The position numbers were made by a program, and so were the translations under genes. This document shows, one piece after another, positions 8,601 to 13,897 of a stretch of DNA of 22,381 nt. Under the pieces are notes generated by a model, which did no database searches, was not told the origin of the DNA, and saw only the letters and a list, made by a program, of their open reading frames with translations. Positions within the stretch are counted from its first letter, which is position 1, and the number at the start of each line of letters is the position of its first letter. Origin of the DNA: a virus (Duplodnaviria > Heunggongvirae > Uroviricota > Caudoviricetes); the IMG/VR virus record IMGVR_UViG_2585427768_000008, positions 1 to 22,381 of that record. One strand, written 5' to 3'.

Positions 8601-10484
8601 ATTTTCCGGTGCCTGCGCACGTCCTTTCTGGAAACTCTGGCCCTTCACCTCACCGGTTGTGGTAAAACGACCACCACGTCCGGCCTGATTTTCATCCGGC
8701 GTACGCGCTACTTCTCCTGGTAACGGATATCCCTGTCCGGGATGAATATCGCCGGGAGCGGGAAGGCGTGGACGCTCAGTTAACTCCTGTGCTGTCGGAC
8801 CGGCATCACCTTCAGCCATCTGGGAACGCACCAGTTCTTCCGCCGTCGGCGCGTTGCCACGAGCAAGACGGGCCTGCACTTCTGTATCATCCCCCGTAAA
8901 ACCACGGAATCGCGGGTCACGCATGAACGCGGGCTGTTCCATCGGATCAGCATCAGTAATACGCTCTCCGTCAGCCAGAGTGTTAATGGTCTCCGTTGCC
9001 ACATCTTCAGAGAACGCAGGATTATCCATTTCAACGGCATACTGATTCTCGCCTTTCTTCACTACGGACGGTTTCAGGCCGGTGGCGCTGGCATTGCGGA
9101 AAACGTCGCTCCCCAGAGCACTTTTTTCATCCGTGAAATAACGGTTGTCCGGACGCACCTTTTCAATGCGTTCTGCTGGTCTGGACGCACCACTCTCGTT
9201 AATTTCAATACGAACTTCATCCGGATCGCGGAACCGCACCGTCGGGTAAATACTCCCGTCGCCATCATCCGCATTTTCCGGCTGTGGCTGTGCCTCCGGT
9301 CTGGCCTCCCGCTGAGGGCGAAGCACATCACGTATTGCCTGTAACTGCTGCTCTTCAGTATCAGTACGCCCTTCCTTCTGGCTGAGTTTTCGGTATTCCT
9401 CAAGCAGTTCAGGGCGCGGCTTCGCCTTCAGCTCATCCATCACCGCCTGTCGCTTCGCCTGTTCATCCAGTTCATTCAACAGCTGGCTGGCGGCTTCCCG
9501 GCGATGAACGGCAGACGTGTCTCCCTCATGTGCCATATCCGCATCAGCATACTGTTCCAGAAGCTGCTCGCGATTCATCCCCTGCATAGATTCACGATGC
9601 TGTGCCACCGGATCAACCGGTTCGGGTTGCGGAGCCGATTCGTCCTGAGGAACGCTTTCAGCCTCACGCATGGCTGCTTCATCTGCCGCCTGACGTTTTC
9701 CACGATATCCGGCAGCCGCACCGAATGGTGCCCCCATTGCAGCACCAAGGGCTGCACCTTCGATCGTTGCGTCAGCCACGCCCTCCCACGGTGACACATC
9801 CATTCCGGCGGTCTCACGCAATGCCGTGTTTTCCTGATAGCGTGAATAGCCACCCTGCGCCGCATTAATCGTCCCCTGTTCCGTGGCATTTCTGACAATG
9901 CCGCTTTTAACGGTCTTCGCCGTGCCCCGCATCGCCAGATTAAGCAACTGAGCATCGCCCAGTTTTGCCGCCATGGCATTCACAGCCAGCAATTCAGGAT
10001 CGGTTGCCAGCTGCGCACGCACCTCATCGGCAACACGCTCTTTTGCCAGGTCCATTTTCTGGCGGTCAGTAAGCTGCGCGTGCTGCGGATCTGCATCAAT
10101 TGACAAAAAGGTCTGCTGAAATTTCGGTGACTTCGCCAGCTCAGAATAATCCGCGTTAAGAACAGCATCTGCCGCTGCCATTGCACTCCGCCCTTGCGCA
10201 CTGACAGTGGAATGGGTGATCAGGCCTGCCTGGAAAAAATCCGGCATTTTTTTATCGACAGCTTCGGCTGCCAGTGCTGTGGCTCTTTCCGGCTGCATCC
10301 CTGCCGCGATGTATTTTTTCTCCAGCCCGGCGGTCAGCACTTTTCGCAGAGTGACATCACCCAGCTTTTTAGTCACACCGCCTGCAACCATATCCGGTAC
10401 AAGCGCACCAATCAGGTTAACTCCACAAGCCTTCGCAACTTCAGGGATGCCGACACCTTTAATCGGCTCATCAAGATTTTGCAT
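2631..10484 (-). CDS. giant multidomain protein (about 2617 aa) with zincin-like HExxH motifs; function unknown, possibly polyvalent-protein-like
   Basis: Uninterrupted 7.9-kb ORF on the minus strand. Preferred start is ATG at 10484 (AAGGA 7 nt upstream); the track start at 10517 has no RBS. HEWFH encoded at 7149-7163 and RHEIIHHAMEH at about 6334-6363. No Walker A or methyltransferase motifs seen. GC content visibly higher than the neighbouring AT-rich operon. Confidence 0.9.
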   Translation of the reverse strand: MQNLDEPIKGVGIPEVAKACGVNLIGALVPDMVAGGVTKKLGDVTLRKVLTAGLEKKYIAAGMQPERATALAAEAVDKKMPDFFQAGLITHSTVSAQGRSAMAAADAVLNADYSELAKSPKFQQTFLSIDADPQHAQLTDRQKMDLAKERVADEVRAQLATDPELLAVNAMAAKLGDAQLLNLAMRGTAKTVKSGIVRNATEQGTINAAQGGYSRYQENTALRETAGMDVSPWEGVADATIEGAALGAAMGAPFGAAAGYRGKRQAADEAAMREAESVPQDESAPQPEPVDPVAQHRESMQGMNREQLLEQYADADMAHEGDTSAVHRREAASQLLNELDEQAKRQAVMDELKAKPRPELLEEYRKLSQKEGRTDTEEQQLQAIRDVLRPQREARPEAQPQPENADDGDGSIYPTVRFRDPDEVRIEINESGASRPAERIEKVRPDNRYFTDEKSALGSDVFRNASATGLKPSVVKKGENQYAVEMDNPAFSEDVATETINTLADGERITDADPMEQPAFMRDPRFRGFTGDDTEVQARLARGNAPTAEELVRSQMAEGDAGPTAQELTERPRLPAPGDIHPGQGYPLPGEVARTPDENQAGRGGRFTTTGEVKGQSFQKGRAQAPENAAGRQGEILEGETVRRGLPSPDEQNATAPVREGLPAPESQRGVDMPQPESLPRMVRDSLPELAQQAEARRQTGDNRQTITDVPDTEVPVPVDKPSTHQQARGAKIEDFGEEIKGAAKHRYAQLAEAMGKTLEDGEYATQPLSKLFPKPDYARLEKEGVDSDTLAMMALYRSEIPTRTSRNMQKWISIVKSGREATAGMLEGKIPAAKLADMMDSKPGLRSMSDTWKLLRTLSALQIDKASGYRVRSGVYSFVGGKRYDPPQMMYSLRDSKGRDLFFSESRDELLKKAKAYFDEQGSRERETPATSADDRITFDVYRHKASGDIFIGYGKNRQKLKGGFESARDAHDYVRTHRDELVNQVKALREVSREEQRNATNRDRTGPERRKGDVSPEQFSDAFGFRGVQFGNYVESPRRQADLNRAYDSLHDLADVLNVPTKALSLNGRLGLAFGARGKGKAAAHYEPGEVAINLTKGNGPGALAHEWFHSLDNYFGRYDVSTDGKITSGGDYMTEAQRAGRVFKDGRYVDAEYPVRQEVYDAFKGVMKAINSSDMLRRSERLDGVRSKPYWSTDVEMAARAFERYVQDKARMAGVENDYLVNIRKADDHGQPDTYAYPTNAELDGGIREAFDHLFRTLKTRETDKGVAFYSRKGVTRTPEGNLISDVNRSAEAKGSPVPQVEAVARGVISGIKDSDLKVRVVKSQKEAEALAGESFDGYGKVHAFYRPDKREIVLVADNIPDGRTVREKLRHEIIHHAMEHVVTPAEYQTIIKTVLKTRDSDNATIREAWRKVDASYGKESPEVQAGEFLAHMAEKQPIKFVAAWERVVALVKGVLRRTGLLKPTELNDIRLVRETIRTLGQRVREGYTPREDGADASSQYSRSGKPDPFKVPEGEGERYRDDLARMMKSLRSTDLTVNIGRTPPVLRHLGAPDLPLVISRDTVRKATNGVKHVVPMDVIERLPELMHDPDAIYRSATERNAVVMLLDAVDKNGDPVVSAVHMKAVRSRLEINKVASVYGTENGKKLKSMEMTGLTLYRREKLSRDNLLHRGLQLPKGEHSYRGSVDKILYPEDIRKGPYYSRTSSLTPEETIASRFVRQMQDKFQVLKAVQENIRKTGGKIDDSNNAYMAEELFHGKAENDLNVMKERYVQPLAKLLADYKIAQADLDEYLYARHAPERNVHIAKINPKMPDGGSGMTNAEAAEIMQRVRNSGKQAQYDRLAGIIDDMLARRREIIREAGLEESGVVDAWQKAYRYYVPLKGQDVDGVVSQPRTGKGFTIGGRESKQAMGRASRAQSPSTQAIQDLSESLIRNRKNEVGNAFLKLVQDNPDKDYWQGFTDDRPDTMRVIAERKDQETGETIREVVERPVPMAMMADRYFTTKKDGKTYYIKLHDPRLMRAMKNMGPETSNAVIRTLGKVNRFLATVNTSYNPEFLVSNFIRDVQTAVMNLKAEQGRSDGKLKELDNLSALAVVKDSRSAMSAVYASLRGKTLTGKGAQWQKVWKEFVEDGGKTGWFNMGDLEGQQKEMDRLVSLAKGGWKGQSIGAWHSFLNLVEDANGAVENALRLSAYKHARDAGLSRQQAASLAKNMTVNFNRRGEQGMLMNSLYMFANASIQGTANLVRTLGHLNGDGPLLERLRWKNLNVPQKIVLAAVGAGYLLGSLNRSVAGEDDDGGNWYDKVPSHVKERNLVIMKSMFGGKAGEYWSIPLPYGYNVFFLLGHTAEGVAAGDLTASRAAGNVVGGILGAFSPIGSETSETLSGALLKNAAPTILRPFANLAMNENFMGAQIYQENMPFGTPKPDSQLGRRSTPEAYKAFAFWLNAFSGGSQYRPGAVDITPESLKFWIDYISGGTGRFISKTTDAAVKSLNGIDIPEQQVPFLGKISGEVMPYADQQKMYDRMTEVAQYHAELKSLTGAERTAFIDENNGKLLMNGLMQDTRKRLKDLRKQRDAIYADSSLSLAQQAAMVKSVERDMKVAVDRFNREYNKKVGVD

Positions 10485-10562
10485 AGGGATATCCTTTTTC
10501 GTACTTTCAGTACGCATTATGATTGAACTGAAAGTTTTTGCAAGTGCTTTAGTATCGTACTC
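10485..10562. promoter_or_regulatory. divergent promoter/operator switch region between giant gene and cI-like repressor
   Basis: Minus-strand promoter TTGCAA (10538-10543), 16-nt spacer, CATAAT (complement of 10516-10521). Perfect 15-bp palindrome CGTACTTTCAGTACG (10500-10514) just downstream of the -10; inverted partial copy ACTGAAAGT (10527-10535). A third CGTAC-N5-GTTCA element (10556-10570) overlaps the cI start. cI has no Shine-Dalgarno; TAGTAT (10550-10555) lies 7 nt before its ATG, suggesting a leaderless transcript as for lambda pRM. Confidence 0.5.
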
Positions 10563-11270
10563 ATGGTTCAGAATGAAAAAGTGCGCAAAGAATTCGCCCA
10601 GCGGCTAGCGCAAGCCTGTAAAGAAGCTGGTCTTGATGAACATGGTAGGGGAATGGCTATAGCCCGTGCCCTTTCTCTTTCGTCCAAAGGCGTTAGCAAA
10701 TGGTTTAATGCTGAGTCTTTACCGCGTCAGGAAAAAATGAATGCGCTTGCGAAATTTCTAAACGTTGATGTTGTTTGGCTTCAGCACGGCACTTCGTTAA
10801 ATGGAGCGAATGATGAAGATACTCTTTCATTTGTTGGCAAATTAAAAAAAGGGTTAGTGCGCGTGGTTGGTGAGGCAATTCTTGGTGTTGATGGTGCCAT
10901 CGAGATGACCGAAGAGCGCGATGGGTGGCTCAAAATTTATAGCGATGATCCAGATGCCTTTGGCCTTCGTGTGAAAGGAGACAGCATGTGGCCCAGAATA
11001 AAATCAGGAGAATATGTACTCATTGAGCCTAACACCAAAGTATTCCCGGGTGATGAGGTGTTTGTCAGAACCGTTGAAGGACACAACATGATTAAGGTTC
11101 TTGGCTATGACAGAGATGGAGAATACCAATTTACAAGCATTAACCAGGATCACAGGCCTATAACGTTGCCTTATCATCAAGTAGCAAAGGTGGAGTATGT
11201 AGCTGGTATTCTGAAGCAATCTCGCCATCTGGATGACATCGAGGCAAGGGAGTGGCTGAAAAGTTCGTGA
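10563..11270 (+). CDS. cI: CI-like prophage repressor (N-terminal HTH, C-terminal S24 LexA-like peptidase)
   Basis: 235-aa ORF. N-terminal HTH-like segment (GMAIARALSLSSKGVSKWFN) and C-terminal GDSMWP serine motif with a downstream conserved lysine (MIKVLG), as in LexA/CI autocleaving repressors. Position and orientation match cI relative to the pL operon. Confidence 0.88.
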   Translation: MVQNEKVRKEFAQRLAQACKEAGLDEHGRGMAIARALSLSSKGVSKWFNAESLPRQEKMNALAKFLNVDVVWLQHGTSLNGANDEDTLSFVGKLKKGLVRVVGEAILGVDGAIEMTEERDGWLKIYSDDPDAFGLRVKGDSMWPRIKSGEYVLIEPNTKVFPGDEVFVRTVEGHNMIKVLGYDRDGEYQFTSINQDHRPITLPYHQVAKVEYVAGILKQSRHLDDIEAREWLKSS

Positions 11271-11330
11271 CTTCATCGTCACATAGCTGGTAACCAGTGG
11301 CCAGAAGAAACGTTTGGGTGAGGAGGATAG

Positions 11331-11672
11331 ATGGCGTTCACTGACCTTGAATATCAAGCGGTCAAAAAAGAAGTTCACCAATTCATTGAAAGCATAAGGC
11401 CGCCTGAACATATCCGCAATGAACTGGATATTGTTTATAGCATCAATGACCAAACGATAGATATCGGCGAACAGCGCCCCGTGTGGCAGGGCAACCCAGG
11501 TGAAACAAACATCCTGCCATCAGCAAGAATCAAGTACATACGTTCTCTGGATAGATGGAAAATCTATTGGATGCGGAAGGATATGAAATGGCATCAGTAC
11601 AGTACTGAACTTTCGCTGACTGATGCGCTTGAGCTTGTGCGTGCTGACCCGGATTGCTGCTTCTTCGGATGA
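11331..11672 (+). CDS. hypothetical protein, first gene downstream of cI
   Basis: 113-aa ORF with strong RBS GAGGAGG before the ATG; same strand as cI and no terminator between them. No recognisable motifs. Confidence 0.6.
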   Translation: MAFTDLEYQAVKKEVHQFIESIRPPEHIRNELDIVYSINDQTIDIGEQRPVWQGNPGETNILPSARIKYIRSLDRWKIYWMRKDMKWHQYSTELSLTDALELVRADPDCCFFG

Positions 11673-11739
11673 GTGAAGAGACGTTTGGATGATGGATGGT
11701 CGCAGAGATGCGGCCTGATTCTAAAATAGGATATAAAAA

Positions 11740-12201
11740 ATGAGAATACTAGGTGTTAGAGCGGCGCCCAAAGTTACATCTTTTGTTGTATATTGCACTA
11801 ATGAGTCTGCACTCAAATGTGTTGATGTTATTAAAATACCTTCGACCTTAGACACACCAGAAAAATTAAAGTATGTGAGAAATAACATCCTCGACATTCT
11901 TAATTTATATAATGTTGAATTAGCTGCCATACGCGTTACTGAATCAAACTCTGATAATCTTAGCATTGACCGCCTTTATATAGAAGCTGTTATTCAAGAA
12001 GCATTTTCAAGCAGTGATGTAAGAAAATATTACACTATTAGAAAATCTGGCATGAAATCATCATTGAACCTAACAGAGATCGAGTATAAAGAAATATTGA
12101 AGTCACACCGCAATATAAATGGAATCGATAATTCTGGTTTTACAACTGAAACAAATGAAGCTGTTTTGGCTGCTCTATCTGCGGAGGTAAGGGGATGCTA
12201 A
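11740..12201 (+). CDS. hypothetical protein, upstream partner of Ser/Thr kinase
   Basis: 153-aa ORF in a markedly AT-rich segment; AGGA upstream of the ATG; 3' end overlaps the kinase start by 7 nt. No recognisable motifs. Confidence 0.6.
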   Translation: MRILGVRAAPKVTSFVVYCTNESALKCVDVIKIPSTLDTPEKLKYVRNNILDILNLYNVELAAIRVTESNSDNLSIDRLYIEAVIQEAFSSSDVRKYYTIRKSGMKSSLNLTEIEYKEILKSHRNINGIDNSGFTTETNEAVLAALSAEVRGC

Positions 12202-13241
12202 CTCCATACAAAAGAGCTGATGTAGAATTCGAATGGATTAGTGATCTAGAAGAACAGGGTTGTTTTTCAAAAGTATATCTGGCTCATGACAGACACCTAG
12301 CTCATGACTTGGTGATTAAAGAAATAGAAAAAAAAGAAAACACTAACCACGACGACTACTTTAATGAAGCAAGGCTTCTCTATAAACATGCACATCCAAA
12401 TATTGTGCAAGTTCAGTATGCTGCTCAATGTGAGAGCAATATCTATATAGCCATGCCATTTTATCATAATGGTTCGCTAAACCAATTAATGAAAAAAAAT
12501 AATCTTACAAGCAGGGAGATAATACGGTATTCCATTCAATTTTTAAGTGGACTTTATCATATACACTCAAAAGGTCTTATGCATTTTGATATAAAACCTA
12601 ATAACATTATGATATCAAACAGAAATGAGGCCATGCTATCTGACTTTGGATTATCTCAGTTAGTCAATGAGGAATCGAGAGCTGCGCCTGAGTTTGGATA
12701 TCATTTTCATGTGCCACCGGAATATTTTTCTTTATCAACAAATGATTATAATTTCACATATGACATATATCAGGCAGGATTAACCATATATAGAATGTGT
12801 GTTGGACATGATAATTTTGAAAGAGAAAGATCTGCATTTAGCACGATTGAACAACTCAGAGAGTCGATAATTAATGGCTGCTATCCATTAAAAGAGTATC
12901 CTCCCCATATACATAAAAAATTAATAACAATAGTGAACAAATGCATTCATGTAGATCCAAATGAAAGATATCAATCCGTACTAGATGTACTAAACGATCT
13001 CTCAGCTATAAGTGATGGCGTTCTTGACTGGCGTCTACAGATGACGAAACCAACTAACGGCACATGCGAATGGCAAAAAAAGTCTGGGGACGCTATACTG
13101 TCTATAGTTTTTGACGCAGAAAATTCGTCTACTACTGGTTTTCGTTTATACGATGATGGGCGGAAAAGGCGTGCTACGAACTTAACAATATCCTCAGGAT
13201 GTACCCCTACAAAACTGTATAGGTTATTAAAGGATAACTGA
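12195..13241 (+). CDS. eukaryotic-like (Hanks-type) Ser/Thr protein kinase
   Basis: 348-aa ORF with GGAGG 7 nt upstream. Kinase subdomain motifs in order: glycine-rich-like loop EQGCFSKVY, VIK lysine, catalytic loop HFDIKPNN (about 12583-12606), DFG (12642-12650), PPE (APE-like), DIYQAG. AT-rich. Confidence 0.85.
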   Translation: MLTPYKRADVEFEWISDLEEQGCFSKVYLAHDRHLAHDLVIKEIEKKENTNHDDYFNEARLLYKHAHPNIVQVQYAAQCESNIYIAMPFYHNGSLNQLMKKNNLTSREIIRYSIQFLSGLYHIHSKGLMHFDIKPNNIMISNRNEAMLSDFGLSQLVNEESRAAPEFGYHFHVPPEYFSLSTNDYNFTYDIYQAGLTIYRMCVGHDNFERERSAFSTIEQLRESIINGCYPLKEYPPHIHKKLITIVNKCIHVDPNERYQSVLDVLNDLSAISDGVLDWRLQMTKPTNGTCEWQKKSGDAILSIVFDAENSSTTGFRLYDDGRKRRATNLTISSGCTPTKLYRLLKDN

Positions 13242-13243
13242 TC

Positions 13244-13408
13244 ATGAAAAAGCGCGAGGAAGTAAGCAAGCTGCCTCGCAGACGTGATGCAGCATTAGCG
13301 GTTCCCTACAAAAAAGATGAGTTCATAAGCCCTTCTGATGACAAAAAATTTTCAAAGGCGAAAAGTTTTACATCTACATCTCTAAAAGATAAATACTTTA
13401 AAATCTAG
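13244..13408 (+). CDS. small basic protein (54 aa), translationally coupled to kinase
   Basis: ATG at 13244, 2 nt after the kinase stop, with AAGGA upstream; stop TAG 13406-13408 directly precedes the terminator. Not in the supplied ORF track (below its length cutoff); read by hand. Confidence 0.35.
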   Translation: MKKREEVSKLPRRRDAALAVPYKKDEFISPSDDKKFSKAKSFTSTSLKDKYFKI

Positions 13409-13434
13409 CCCGGCCTCAGCGCCGGGTTTTCTTT
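13409..13434 (+). terminator. rho-independent terminator ending the cI/kinase operon (tIMM-like)
   Basis: CCCGGC (13409-13414), 6-nt loop, GCCGGG (13421-13426), followed by TTTTCTTT. Confidence 0.7.
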
Positions 13435-13605
13435 GCCTCACGATCCCCCACCTAAAAAAACATAACTCATTGTATTTATTGATGTAACTCGCTAAACCAT
13501 GCAGTTCTGATCCCTGCCGCATAACCTTCATCAGCCACATTTTCAAAAATAAATTTCCTTATATATCAGAATCATACTTCGTAGAGTTAATAAATCACCA
13601 AAATT

Positions 13606-13650
13606 CGTACCAATAGTTCTTGATAATGTCGAACTATTGGTTCACTATTA
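13606..13650 (+). promoter_or_regulatory. candidate pL-like promoter with inverted-repeat operator
   Basis: 11-bp inverted repeat ACCAATAGTTC (13609-13619) / GAACTATTGGT (13631-13641) with 11-bp spacer containing TTGATA (13620-13625, -35-like); weak -10-like CACTAT at 13643-13648. CGTAC-N5-GTTCT at 13606-13620 resembles elements in the cI switch region. Confidence 0.4.
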
Positions 13651-13717
13651 TCGTCATCAGCAGGACGCATTACTCACCAGGGCGGTGAATATACAACGAT
13701 TCGAATATGAATCTACG

Positions 13718-13732
13718 GCGCTGACAAAGCGC
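13718..13732 (+). promoter_or_regulatory. nutL-like boxB RNA hairpin (P22 type)
   Basis: GCGCT GACAA AGCGC: 5-bp stem with GACAA pentaloop, the boxB form I recall for phage P22. Lies between the pL-like promoter and the N-like gene. No convincing boxA found upstream. Confidence 0.6.
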
Positions 13733-13742
13733 AATAACCAAA

Positions 13743-13885
13743 GTGAACTTTGGGGTGTGGTGAAGGGTTCATGGACGGGAATATGTCGCACGTAAAGCGG
13801 CGAGGCCTGTGGGACTATTGCCGAATTGAAGTAGGCCGAAACAGGTCGAAATGGGTCTCCCACCTACCACACCACCAAAGTTCAT
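13743..13885 (+). other. long-range helix in the N-like gene leader (possible RNase III-type processing or translational control structure)
   Basis: TGAACTTTGG (13744-13753) and GTGTGGT (13755-13761) pair with ACCACAC (13867-13873) and CCAAAGTTCA (13876-13885), about 17 bp with one bulge, enclosing about 105 nt. The helix ends 1 nt before the AGGAGG Shine-Dalgarno (13887-13892). Confidence 0.4.
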
Positions 13886-13897
13886 CAGGAGGTCTAT

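Noticed and set aside
2889-10201. Many + strand ORFs of 60-200 aa inside the giant gene (e.g. 3940-4437, 5067-5489, 7149-7754) and the overlapping minus-strand ORFs 6089-6280, 8363-8620, 9575-9979
   Set aside because: They lie in alternative frames or antisense to a 7.9-kb uninterrupted ORF and have no RBS or motifs; typical shadow ORFs of a GC-rich coding region.
10194-10608. + strand ORFs 10194-10526 and 10207-10608 spanning the giant gene 5' end and the switch region
   Set aside because: They overlap the giant gene N-terminus and the promoter/operator region and would run into the cI start; no RBS. Treated as non-coding.
11004-11966. Minus-strand ORFs 11004-11453 and 11721-11966
   Set aside because: Antisense to cI, the 113-aa gene and the 153-aa gene, with low-complexity AT-driven sequence; no RBS.
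13830-13845. CGAAAC motif suggestive of a hammerhead ribozyme core
   Set aside because: The partner CUGAUGA box is absent on the same strand nearby (a CTGATGA occurs only on the opposite strand around 13650-13660), so no hammerhead can be built.
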